Positions 17,816 to 26,439 of a stretch of 64,000 nucleotides of DNA are shown in pieces (position 1 is the first letter of the stretch; each line of letters begins with the position of its first letter). A program made the translations under genes and the position numbers. The notes under the pieces are model-generated. The model made no database searches and was not told the origin of the DNA. It worked only from the letters and a program-made list of their open reading frames with translations. The stretch lies in NCBI GenBank assembly GCA_964534185.1, contig CAZHOH010000004.1, positions 17,438 through 81,437 of the forward strand, in the 5' to 3' direction. The DNA is from Candidatus Woesearchaeota archaeon (GTDB taxonomy: Archaea > Nanobdellota > Nanobdellia > Pacearchaeales > GW2011-AR1).

Positions 17816-19225
17816 ATGAAGGAAAAAATTAAAAAAAAGGAAAGAGGAAAAGTTGAGAAGTCTTTGAAGTATTCTATAAAAGAGGGAAGTGCGACTTCTT
17901 TTATGTCAGGAGCTGGAGAATCTTATATAGTTCCTTTTGCTCTTGCATTAAATGCTTCGAATGCGCAGATTGGTTACTTAACAAGTTTTGTTGGTTTGTT
18001 CCGTTCTTTTTCACAAATTTTTGGGAGTCGGGCAGTTTATAATGTCAGTCGTAAAAAAATTGTTTTAGTTTCTGTTTTTTCTCAGGCGCTTATTTGGGTT
18101 TTGATTTCTCTTCTTGGTTTTCTTGTTTGGAAAGGAGTTGTTAATGCTTATGCTGCGATTTTTTTAATTATTATTTATAGTATTTATGGAATTGTTGCAA
18201 GTTTTCCAGGACCTGCCTGGTTTTCATGGACGGGTGATTTAGTTCCGAATGAAAGACGGGGTGATTATTTTGCGAACAGGAATAAAATTGTAGGGATTGT
18301 TTCTATGACTGTTACACTTATTGCTGCGTTTTTTCTTGACTATAGTGAGGGTAGTGGTTTTTTACTTCTTGGGTTTATTGTATTGTTTTTGATTGCAGCT
18401 TCGGGAAGATTTGTTTCTGGTTATTATTTTACAAAACATTATGAACCAAATGCAGAGTTTAATCGAGAAGGTTATTTTACCCTTTTGCAATTTATTAAGA
18501 AAGCTCCTTTTAATAATTTCGGGACTTTTGTGATTTTTGTTGCTTTGATAAATATGGCGACGAATTTTGCTGCACCTTTTTTTGCAGTTTATATGTTGAA
18601 GGAGCTTGGATTTAATTATTTTTGGTTTATTGTTGTTGGAATTTCAGGAACTTTATTTACGATTATTGCTATGCCGATGTGGGGAAAAGTTGGTGATGCT
18701 TATGGGAACAGGACTTTATTGAAGATTGGAAGTTTTCTGATTGTTTTGCCTCCTTTTCTTTGGTTATTTGTTGACAAACCTTTGGAGATAATTTTTAGTG
18801 TGAGTGTTTTTGGGGGTTTTGGGTGGGCGGCTTTTAATCTTGCTGCTTCTAATTTTATTTATGATGCTGTTACTCCTCAAAGAAGGGCTATTTGTGTTGC
18901 TTATCATACTGTTTTTTCAGGAATTGGTGTTTTTGTTGGGGCTTTGCTTGGAGGTTTGTTTGTTGAATATGTTTCTTTAAGTTTTACAAATATTTTCTTT
19001 GCAGTGTTTTTTATTTCTAGTTTTTTGAGAGGAGTTTTTGGATTGATATTTATTCCTAGGATAAAAGAAGTTAGGAATTTTCCGAGTTTTGAAAAAAGAA
19101 TTGGGGCTTTGACTTATGCGACTCTTTTGATACCTGGGCCGTTTTATAGTTTGTTTCGTGGCGTGCGGGGGGCGTTTGGTTCTGTCGGCGAGCACGCTAA
19201 GAATGTTGTAAAGAGGAAAAGTTAG
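17816..19225 (+). CDS. MFS-type transporter
   Basis: About 12 hydrophobic helices in two halves, typical of the major facilitator superfamily. Start moved to ATG 17816 because the tracked start at 17759 lies inside the tRNA-Trp. Confidence 0.65.
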   Translation: MKEKIKKKERGKVEKSLKYSIKEGSATSFMSGAGESYIVPFALALNASNAQIGYLTSFVGLFRSFSQIFGSRAVYNVSRKKIVLVSVFSQALIWVLISLLGFLVWKGVVNAYAAIFLIIIYSIYGIVASFPGPAWFSWTGDLVPNERRGDYFANRNKIVGIVSMTVTLIAAFFLDYSEGSGFLLLGFIVLFLIAASGRFVSGYYFTKHYEPNAEFNREGYFTLLQFIKKAPFNNFGTFVIFVALINMATNFAAPFFAVYMLKELGFNYFWFIVVGISGTLFTIIAMPMWGKVGDAYGNRTLLKIGSFLIVLPPFLWLFVDKPLEIIFSVSVFGGFGWAAFNLAASNFIYDAVTPQRRAICVAYHTVFSGIGVFVGALLGGLFVEYVSLSFTNIFFAVFFISSFLRGVFGLIFIPRIKEVRNFPSFEKRIGALTYATLLIPGPFYSLFRGVRGAFGSVGEHAKNVVKRKS

Positions 19226-19446
19226 AGATCTCTATAATGTCTTCTTAATCTGTTTCTAAGTTTTATTCCATCTGATTCAATTTTTTCAAAAGTATCATAG
19301 CACGGAGAATAAAGAGGATGTTCTTGTAGTTCTTCTCTCTGTTTGCCTAATTTATTAGTTTGTTGTAAATCGGATTCTAGTGGATAATATTCTTGTTTTT
19401 GGATGTCGGAAGTTTTTGTTGAAGGATTTATGTGTTGAGATTTCAT
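19222..19446 (-). CDS. hypothetical protein
   Basis: 74-aa Q/E-rich ORF at the end of the tandem small-gene array. Confidence 0.3.
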   Translation of the reverse strand: MKSQHINPSTKTSDIQKQEYYPLESDLQQTNKLGKQREELQEHPLYSPCYDTFEKIESDGIKLRNRLRRHYRDL

Positions 19447-19465
19447 TTTATGATTTTATCTCCAG

Positions 19466-19722
19466 TCATGAAGATAGTTTGAATCTATCTGGGGGTGTGA
19501 ATTCAGAAAGAGTATCTGACGGCCACGGATCTTCAAAATTTTCTTGGAAATATTCTCTTTGTCTTTTTCGTAATTCTAAAAATTCCCCCCAAGATAATTC
19601 GCGATTTGGAATTCCATTTAATTCTAATGGAGTTTCTTGTTGTTGATAAGGTTGTTGATTAATAGAATTATATAATTCAAATAATTCTTGTGCTTGTTGT
19701 TGGGAGGCTTCATATTGTTTCA
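19466..19722 (-). CDS. hypothetical protein, member of tandem paralog array (MKQY.. N-terminus)
   Basis: Start set at MKQYEASQQQ (ATG complement at 19722). The upstream extension in the track is the out-of-frame image of the neighbour's conserved 3' end. It shares its N-terminus with the 19725-20150 gene. Confidence 0.4.
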
Positions 19723-19724
19723 TT

Positions 19725-20150
19725 TTATGAGGTATGTAGAACTCCGCATCCCATAACATCGCCTGGGGCAAGTACTACACTATCATCAAAAAGGACGTCA
19801 TCGACGCGTTTCATTAATTTATATAAATCTTCTTCAGTTGAGTGATGATTATCTATTGCATCCTGTAGGCTTTTGACAGCACAAGTAAGAACTGGACCTC
19901 TTACTGTGAATAAATTTTCTTCAATTCTTTTGTCTATTTCCCATTCTATAAGGATACTAGTTGTATGGGGACTTATTTTGCCTTCATAAAGAGAAGGTAT
20001 CCTTCCATATACTCTCATTCTATTTATTGTTCTGAGAGCTTGATTTAATTCTTCATTCTGATAAGAAGGTTGTCTTACTGACTGATTGTATAATTTAGGA
20101 TTGTCAAACATTTTTGTTTCTTGTTTTTGGGTTGCTCTGTATTGTTTCAT
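19725..20150 (-). CDS. hypothetical protein, tandem paralog (MKQY... start, ...GCGVLHTS end)
   Basis: 141 aa. The C-terminal ~60 aa (GPVL..VK.LQ..I.N......EDL.K.VD..LF......L..G.V.GCGVLHTS) is conserved with the next gene. Confidence 0.5.
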   Translation of the reverse strand: MKQYRATQKQETKMFDNPKLYNQSVRQPSYQNEELNQALRTINRMRVYGRIPSLYEGKISPHTTSILIEWEIDKRIEENLFTVRGPVLTCAVKSLQDAIDNHHSTEEDLYKLMKRVDDVLFDDSVVLAPGDVMGCGVLHTS

Positions 20151-20151
20151 T

Positions 20152-20478
20152 TTATGATGTATGTAGAACTCCGCATCCTTGAACTTCTCCTACGGTAAGT
20201 ATTATATTTTCTCCGAATAGAATCTCATCCACGCGTTTTGCAAGGTCTTCTATTCTTGAGGAATTTTGAGGATCATTTCTAATTGTATGTTGTAATTGTT
20301 TTACGGTACTTTCAAGAACAGGTCCTTTTTCTTTAAATAATGCCTCTCTAATTGTATGATTCATTTCCCAATATGCTACAATATCTATTGTTTCTGGATG
20401 TATTTCTCCATTATACTCTTGTAATCTTTGTTTGTATTCTGATTGGGGATTAAATATTCTTGAGATTATATTGTACAT
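20152..20478 (-). CDS. hypothetical protein, tandem paralog (...GCGVLHTS end)
   Basis: 108 aa. The C-terminal domain is paralogous to the 19725-20150 gene and ends in the identical GCGVLHTS. Confidence 0.5.
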   Translation of the reverse strand: MYNIISRIFNPQSEYKQRLQEYNGEIHPETIDIVAYWEMNHTIREALFKEKGPVLESTVKQLQHTIRNDPQNSSRIEDLAKRVDEILFGENIILTVGEVQGCGVLHTS

Positions 20479-20704
20479 TTTTATATTAATATTTGGAGGT
20501 TTATAATATTTATTATATTAGAAGGAAAAGTTTATAATTGCTGAAAGAGTTTTTTTCAAATGGTAGTTGGATGGATGATATTTGTGCTTGCGATTGTTGC
20601 GTTTATTATTGGGTGGCAGTCGCTTAGAGTTTATCGGAGAAGGAAAGAGGCGCAACTTGGACAGCAGTTTGACAAGAAAGATTTTATGTTTAATTAGTTT
20701 GAAA

Positions 20705-21289
20705 ATGCCTCGGGATAATTTTGTTTTTAGAAAGAATAATCAGCTTGGAAAGGCCGATAAAAGTATTCGGCAGGAGTGGGATGAGAGGATTGCTGGGTTG
20801 TGTGAGCTGATTAATTGTTTTGATAATTATTATACTACTTCGAGTTGTTCTGGGCGTGTGTTGTTGTTGTTTGATTCACGAGAGAAAAGAGATGATTTAT
20901 TTTTGAAAGTTTGGCATGATGAAATTGATTTTGAGGATTTGAAAAAGGTTTTAGGAGGGATTGATTCTTTGCAGATGATTTATTTTAAACAAGAGCCGTG
21001 TATTCTGCATGTTGCGTGCCGGAGTTTGGAGGATGCACAGAAAATGCATGATTTGGGGAAGGCGGCTGGTTGGAAGAGGTGCGGGATTATTGCAAGTGAT
21101 AAAAGGTATGTTGTTGAGCTGAATGCAAGTGAGAAATTAGAGTTCCCTGTTTTTGCTGATTTTAAGGTTTTGGTTAGTGATGAATTTTTGAAAGTTGTTG
21201 TTTCTGAGGCGAATAAGAAATTGGAGAGGAGTTGGGAGAGGATTTCTAAATTGAAAGAGTTGATTCAGCCGCTGAAAGGGCTGTCGTGA
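20705..21289 (+). CDS. taw3: tRNA wyosine-derivative biosynthesis protein Taw3 (TYW3 family methyltransferase)
   Basis: Signature YYTTSSCSGRV of the TYW3/DUF207 family. Start set at the ATG at 20705 (MPRDNF...); the tracked upstream part begins at a TTG. Confidence 0.7.
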   Translation: MPRDNFVFRKNNQLGKADKSIRQEWDERIAGLCELINCFDNYYTTSSCSGRVLLLFDSREKRDDLFLKVWHDEIDFEDLKKVLGGIDSLQMIYFKQEPCILHVACRSLEDAQKMHDLGKAAGWKRCGIIASDKRYVVELNASEKLEFPVFADFKVLVSDEFLKVVVSEANKKLERSWERISKLKELIQPLKGLS

Positions 21290-22800
21290 GAGGCCATTCC
21301 ATGAGCTTTTTTGTATACGTCGAAAATTGTAAAGCATGTTTCTGATGCAGTGTTTGCTGCTATTTTTCTTACTAGTTTTTCTCCATAACTGTCTTTTTTT
21401 ATGTTGTCTGCCGAGTTTATTTCTTTGTCTTTTTTTGAGTTTTTGCTTTTGAATAAGTCTGTGAAGCCACTGAAAAGTGCTGAAAAAGGATTTGTGTCTT
21501 CTTGATTTTGTTCTTCCTGGTTTTTTTCTTCTGGTTTTTCTTTTCCTTGCAGGTAGTGGTCTATGTCGCTTTGCAGTTCGTCTATGCTTTCTGTTGTTAT
21601 GCCTTCAATTAATTTGAATGCGTCGTTTACGTCTGAATTTTCCATTTCTTTTTTTAGTAGCTTTAGTTCATCTTCGTTTAGTGCATAAGCCTGAAAGTTT
21701 ACTGTTGCTTTTCCACCAAATAAATAGTGCTGTCCTGCTTTTTGAGGTATTCCTCTGAAATGAAAGTCTACTACAACAATTGAATAGTATTCTCTTTTTG
21801 GAATTGATAATCCGCCTGGGAGATTTGTTTTGCCTATTTCTTTTTCTACGTCTACTTTATTTTTTCCGAATAGTGCTAATTCAAGGACGATTGTGTTGAA
21901 GTTTGTTACAATTTCTGGAGATGATTCGTTTGAGAGTTTTTCATTTTCTTCTAATTTTGTTGCTGCTTTGAGATATGGTTTTACCCATCTTGAATAGAGT
22001 TTTAAACTATTGACTTGGCTTTTTAGGTAGTTTCTTTCTATGTTGAATCTTTTTTGTAGTTCTTGTTTGCTTTGTTTTGTCCATTCTTCGAATTCTATGA
22101 ATCTTGGTTTTAGGATTCTTTTTACCCTGTCGTTTAAGTCCATTTTTTCAATGTGTGAGACTGATTTTGCTGCCATGAATCCATCTCTTAGTGTTATGAA
22201 CTGGAGGTTTCCTGATGCTAGTGCGTTTATACTTCCTTGTCCTCTTTTTATGTCTACGTTGTCCATCCAGATTTGTTTTAGTGCGAGCATGCCTGCTTCT
22301 TTTCTGTCTTTGTCGCTTGATTCTAATGCTTTGTAGTGGTCGAGTCTTATTTCAAATTCTTTTAAGTCATATATGATGTTGATTATGCTTTTGATTACTG
22401 TGTTGATTGTTCCCATTGTTTCTGTTACGTTTTTCTGCATTAAGGATTTTCTCTGTCCCATTTCTGAAAAGTGTCCTGAGCCTGGGGAGGATGAGAAGTT
22501 GTCTATTAGTTTTTCGACTTTTCCGCCGAAGAAATTGTTCATCATGTCAAGTATCCAGAAGTAGATTGGTTCGAGTGTTTCTGATGAGGAGTCGTATACT
22601 ATTTTGTGTGCTCTGACTGGTTTTGCCCTTGCCTTTTCTGCAGCGTGGGTTGTTCCCTTTTCTTTTATTAGTTCTTTAAACTCTTTTAGCTTTTGAGGTG
22701 ACCCACCATAATCATGATAAAGTTTTGGATTTGTTGTTGCGATTATTTGAGCTATGCTTGCCATGTTCTTTTTTAATATATTTTGAATTATATAAAACAT
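21265..22800 (-). CDS. hypothetical protein (511 aa)
   Basis: Large soluble ORF with an acidic KEKPEEKNQEEQNQED segment. No motif recognised. Confidence 0.45.
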   Translation of the reverse strand: MFYIIQNILKKNMASIAQIIATTNPKLYHDYGGSPQKLKEFKELIKEKGTTHAAEKARAKPVRAHKIVYDSSSETLEPIYFWILDMMNNFFGGKVEKLIDNFSSSPGSGHFSEMGQRKSLMQKNVTETMGTINTVIKSIINIIYDLKEFEIRLDHYKALESSDKDRKEAGMLALKQIWMDNVDIKRGQGSINALASGNLQFITLRDGFMAAKSVSHIEKMDLNDRVKRILKPRFIEFEEWTKQSKQELQKRFNIERNYLKSQVNSLKLYSRWVKPYLKAATKLEENEKLSNESSPEIVTNFNTIVLELALFGKNKVDVEKEIGKTNLPGGLSIPKREYYSIVVVDFHFRGIPQKAGQHYLFGGKATVNFQAYALNEDELKLLKKEMENSDVNDAFKLIEGITTESIDELQSDIDHYLQGKEKPEEKNQEEQNQEDTNPFSALFSGFTDLFKSKNSKKDKEINSADNIKKDSYGEKLVRKIAANTASETCFTIFDVYKKAHGMASHDSPFSG

Positions 22801-22829
22801 TATAAATGTTGTAATTCCACTATAAAAAT

Positions 22830-23954
22830 ATGTCGCTTACTGTGATAGTAAAACCAACTCACGATTGCAATATTTCTTGCAGACATTGTTATATTGATGA
22901 AGCTGCTGAAAGTGGGACTATGACTGAATCTACTTTGTATAATACTCTTTTTCAATCTTCACAAAATGCTAAGGATGGTTCTGTTCAGTTTATTTGGCAT
23001 GGTGGAGAACCTCTTCTTATGGGGTTAGGTTTTTATCAAAAAGTTTCGGAGATGTCTGATGAACTTAGAGCTAAAGGATATAATATTGGAAATTCTATTC
23101 AAACTAATGGAATTTTGATTACTGATGAGTGGCTTGATTTTATTGAAGAAGAAAGAGATTTTAGATTGGGGCTTAGTTTAGATGGTCCTAAAGAGATTAG
23201 CGATGCTACAAGGGTTTATTGTGATGGAACTAGTGCATTTGATGATATATTAAGAGGTATTAGAAAAGTTAAATCAAGAAAACAGGGAGATAAAGTAAGG
23301 AAGGGAGCATTTGGTGGAGGGGCTATTGTTACTTTGAACAGACATCATCTTGGAAGAATAAAAGAGACATATGATTTTTTTAAGTCTGAGGAAATAAATA
23401 TGAAAGTTAATCCCCTTGTCAATTGCGGAAGAGCCAGTTTGAATGAAGATTTGAGGATAACCCCAAAAAATTATGGAGATTCTATGGTGGAACTATTTGA
23501 TTTGTGGGTTGAAGATTATGAAACTATTGATATAGAACCTTTTACAATGATTATGGGAAATTTGTTGACAGGTAAACCTGTTGGTTGTAATTATTCAACT
23601 TCCTGTAGAGAGAATTACGTTTCTATAGGACCAAATGGAGAAGTATATCCTTGTGGGAGATTTAATGGGAATTTGGATTTTTTAATGGGGAATGTGAATG
23701 ATGAGAATGGTTTGACAAATGCTTTGAATTCTCAGGTTAGTCAAAACTTGTTTGAGATGAGACAAGAATCTTCTCTTGGTTGTGGCAATTGTGATTATAT
23801 TGCTGTTTGTAATGGGGGATGTATGCATAATGCTTTTGTTGCTGGGGATATTAGAGGTAAAGATGAATACTGTTTTGCATACAAAAAGATTTTTAACCAT
23901 GTGGCCCAATTTTTAGATGATGAGTTAAGTAAAGCGGAGGTAACAGATGACTAG
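22830..23954 (+). CDS. radical SAM / SPASM-domain protein (COG0641 AslB-like peptide or protein maturase)
   Basis: N-terminal CNISCRHC (CxxxCxxC) radical-SAM cluster motif preceded by VKPTHD. The C-terminus has the SPASM-type Cys cluster CGNCDYIAVCNGGCMHNA plus further Cys. Confidence 0.8.
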   Translation: MSLTVIVKPTHDCNISCRHCYIDEAAESGTMTESTLYNTLFQSSQNAKDGSVQFIWHGGEPLLMGLGFYQKVSEMSDELRAKGYNIGNSIQTNGILITDEWLDFIEEERDFRLGLSLDGPKEISDATRVYCDGTSAFDDILRGIRKVKSRKQGDKVRKGAFGGGAIVTLNRHHLGRIKETYDFFKSEEINMKVNPLVNCGRASLNEDLRITPKNYGDSMVELFDLWVEDYETIDIEPFTMIMGNLLTGKPVGCNYSTSCRENYVSIGPNGEVYPCGRFNGNLDFLMGNVNDENGLTNALNSQVSQNLFEMRQESSLGCGNCDYIAVCNGGCMHNAFVAGDIRGKDEYCFAYKKIFNHVAQFLDDELSKAEVTDD

Positions 23955-24255
23955 CTTAGTTGATTTAATGGGGAGAACTGTAGATTTAGATCTAATTGAA
24001 AATCCTCATTTGAGAAGAGCTATTCGTGAAAGACTTGGAGATTTTTTATTTTTTTATAGAGATCATACTGATCACAGCGAATATGGAGATCATACAGAAA
24101 AATATTCTGAAAAATATGGTGATTATTATGATCATACTGATAGCAATAAGCGACATGATGATGACGGCAATCCTGTGGAGGAAGTAAGAGGTCATTGGAA
24201 AAAAGACAGGAATGTTGGAGTAAGGAAGTATAGCGATGAATGGTATGATTATTAA
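23947..24255 (+). CDS. His/Asp/Tyr-rich small protein translationally coupled to the radical SAM gene
   Basis: 102 aa. Its start overlaps the rSAM stop (gATGACTAG). The central region HTDHSEYGDHTEKYSEKYGDYYDHTDSNKRHDDDG has repeated DHTD/EKY elements; the DNA shows gatcatac(t/a)ga three times. Confidence 0.5.
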   Translation: MTSLVDLMGRTVDLDLIENPHLRRAIRERLGDFLFFYRDHTDHSEYGDHTEKYSEKYGDYYDHTDSNKRHDDDGNPVEEVRGHWKKDRNVGVRKYSDEWYDY

Positions 24256-24287
24256 TTCATAGCAAATTTTAAAAGAAAAGGATTCTT

Positions 24288-24740
24288 TTGGGAAGTATGG
24301 TTTTTGGGTTTAAGAAAAAGAGGACGATTGATTTTACAAAACTGCCTGCTGATGCACGGCGGGTCCCTGTTAAGCGGGACTTTAAGACGCAGGGAGATTT
24401 TGTTGATTTAAGTGATGAGGACATGGCTAAAGTTCAGAATGATTTGAATTCTTCTGGAGGTTCTGTTAGTTCTTCTAATGTTTCTTCTAGTTCGTCTGGC
24501 GGAGATTCTTCTGGGGGTTTTGGGTTTTTGAATTCTTTGGCTTCTTCTGGAAGTTCTTCACCGGATGTTTCAAGTTACGGGCATTCTGAAAATAGCCCGG
24601 ATGTTTTAGATATTAAGAGGAAGATGAGAGATATGACAAGCAAGATTGAAGATTCTTCGAATGAAGTTTATAGACTGACGCAGAAGATTGAACTGCTTGA
24701 AAAAAAGATTGAGAGGTTGGAAGGGGGGAGAGGATATTGA
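24288..24740 (+). CDS. Ser-rich / coiled-coil hypothetical protein
   Basis: 150 aa. A poly-Ser/Gly low-complexity middle is followed by a C-terminal heptad coiled coil (KIELLEKKIERLEG). Confidence 0.4.
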   Translation: MGSMVFGFKKKRTIDFTKLPADARRVPVKRDFKTQGDFVDLSDEDMAKVQNDLNSSGGSVSSSNVSSSSSGGDSSGGFGFLNSLASSGSSSPDVSSYGHSENSPDVLDIKRKMRDMTSKIEDSSNEVYRLTQKIELLEKKIERLEGGRGY

Positions 24741-24774
24741 TAAGATTTATTAATGATTTTTGGTTTTAGTTTTT

Positions 24775-26439
24775 ATGAAAAAAGAATTTTCTGATGAGAT
24801 TTATGCTTATGCACTTGAAAATGCGATGCATTATGGCAAGGCAAAGGAGGGGGCTGTTTTGCCGAAGCTGTTTCAGCATGGGCTTGAGAAGGGTGAGATT
24901 AAAGATGTAATGCCTGAAATTTCTAAGGTTGTTAAAGAGGTTAATGGCTTTGATAAGGATAAGGCTGAGAAAGAGTTTGAGAAATATAAAGAGTATCTTA
25001 AAGAGAGGGTTAAGGAGGAAAAGGGTTTGAAGGAGCTTAATAATGTTAAAGGGAAGCAGGTTTTTCGGATGGCGCCTTTTCCGTCTGGGAGTCTGCATTT
25101 GGGAAATATGAAAACTTATATGCTTAATGCACTTTATGCTGAGAAATACAAAGGAAAAGTTCTTTTGGTTATTGACGACACGATTGGGAGTGAGGCAAAG
25201 CCGATTACGCCTGAGGCTTATGATTTGATTCCTGAGGCGTTTGATTTGTTAAAGGTTAAGTATTCTAAACCTGTTAAGTATAAATCTGATAGGCTTGATA
25301 TTTATTATAGATATGCTGAGAAGTTGATTAAGAAAGATAAGGCGTATGTTTGCTCTTGTAATGCTGAGGAGTTGCGTGAGAATCGGGTTAAGATGAAAGA
25401 GTGTTCGTGTCGGCAGTTTCCTGTTGAAGAGCAGATTAAAAGGTGGAAGAAGATGTTTAAGGCGCGAGAGGGAGATTATACTTTGAGGATAAAGACGTCG
25501 ATGCAGCATCCGAATCCTGCTTTTCGTGATAGGGTTATTTTTCGAATTTCTGAGAGGAAGCATGCTCGGGTTGGGAAAAAGTATAAAGTGTGGCCTTTGT
25601 TAGAGTTTTCATGGGCTATTGATGATCATTTGTTCAAAGTTACGCATGTTATTCGCGGTAAAGAGTTGATGATTGAAGGTGAGATGCAGAAGTATATCTG
25701 GGATATTTTTGGGTGGGAGCATCCTGAATTGATTTATGTTGGATTGGTTAAGATTGATGGTATTGGGGGGAAGCTGAGCAAGAGTAAGTCGCAGAAAGAG
25801 GTTAAGAGTGGGGAGTATAGTGGGTGGGATGACCCGCGGACTTGGAGTGTGCAAAGTTTGTTTCGGCGGGGGATTTTAGCTGAAAGTCTTAGAGAGTTTG
25901 TTGAGAAAATTGGTTTGAATCAGAAGGAGATAACTGTGCCTATTGATGATTTGTATGCGATTAATCGACGGAATATTGATGATAAAGCTGACAGGTATTT
26001 TTTTGTTGCAAATCCGATTAAGGTGAAAATTGAGAATGCGCCTGAGATTTTTGAAGTTAAGGCAAAGGTTCATCCTGAGCGTAAAAAGATGAAGACGTTG
26101 AAAGCTGGTAGTGAGATTTTTGTGAGTTCTAAAGACTTGGCAGAACTTGGGGGGGAAAAGGTGAGGTTGATGCATTTGTATAATATCAAACTTGGGCGGC
26201 GGGCAAAATTTGTTGATATGGAGAAGGGTTTAAAGTTGAGGAAAATTCATTGGGTTTGTGGAGGGGTTAAGGTGCGGGTGATGGGGGTTGATGGGAAATA
26301 TATTCGTGGAATTGCTGAAGATAATATTAAGAATTTGAAAAAAGGTGATGTTGTGCAGTTTGAAAGATTTGGATTTTGTCGTTTTGATAATTATGATAAA
26401 AAAGAGGAGGAGTATGAATTTTGGTATACTCATGACTGA
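24775..26439 (+). CDS. gltX: glutamyl-tRNA synthetase (class I, Glu/Gln family, archaeal type)
   Basis: PSGSLHLGN is a HIGH-like motif and KLSKSKS a KMSKS motif. LLVIDDT resembles the GluRS (L/I)RxDDT(D/N) motif. N-terminal YAYALENAMHYGKA resembles archaeal GluRS starts. ATG at 24775; the tracked start at 24760 is TTG. Confidence 0.75.
   Translation: MKKEFSDEIYAYALENAMHYGKAKEGAVLPKLFQHGLEKGEIKDVMPEISKVVKEVNGFDKDKAEKEFEKYKEYLKERVKEEKGLKELNNVKGKQVFRMAPFPSGSLHLGNMKTYMLNALYAEKYKGKVLLVIDDTIGSEAKPITPEAYDLIPEAFDLLKVKYSKPVKYKSDRLDIYYRYAEKLIKKDKAYVCSCNAEELRENRVKMKECSCRQFPVEEQIKRWKKMFKAREGDYTLRIKTSMQHPNPAFRDRVIFRISERKHARVGKKYKVWPLLEFSWAIDDHLFKVTHVIRGKELMIEGEMQKYIWDIFGWEHPELIYVGLVKIDGIGGKLSKSKSQKEVKSGEYSGWDDPRTWSVQSLFRRGILAESLREFVEKIGLNQKEITVPIDDLYAINRRNIDDKADRYFFVANPIKVKIENAPEIFEVKAKVHPERKKMKTLKAGSEIFVSSKDLAELGGEKVRLMHLYNIKLGRRAKFVDMEKGLKLRKIHWVCGGVKVRVMGVDGKYIRGIAEDNIKNLKKGDVVQFERFGFCRFDNYDKKEEEYEFWYTHD

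Noticed and set aside
19723-19771. N-terminal extension of the 19466-19771 ORF
   Set aside because: The extension (MPQAMLWDAEFYIPHK) is the out-of-frame image of the neighbour's conserved GCGVLHTS-encoding 3' end. The MKQY start is paralogous to the neighbouring gene's start.
20582-20704. Upstream 41-aa extension of taw3 (MCLRLLRLLLGG…)
   Set aside because: It begins at a TTG and has atypical L/R-rich composition. The TYW3 homology begins after the ATG at 20705.
24766-26433. Five antisense ORFs (65-110 aa) inside gltX on the minus strand
   Set aside because: They are low-complexity L/N/R-rich shadow frames fully embedded opposite a well-supported aaRS gene.
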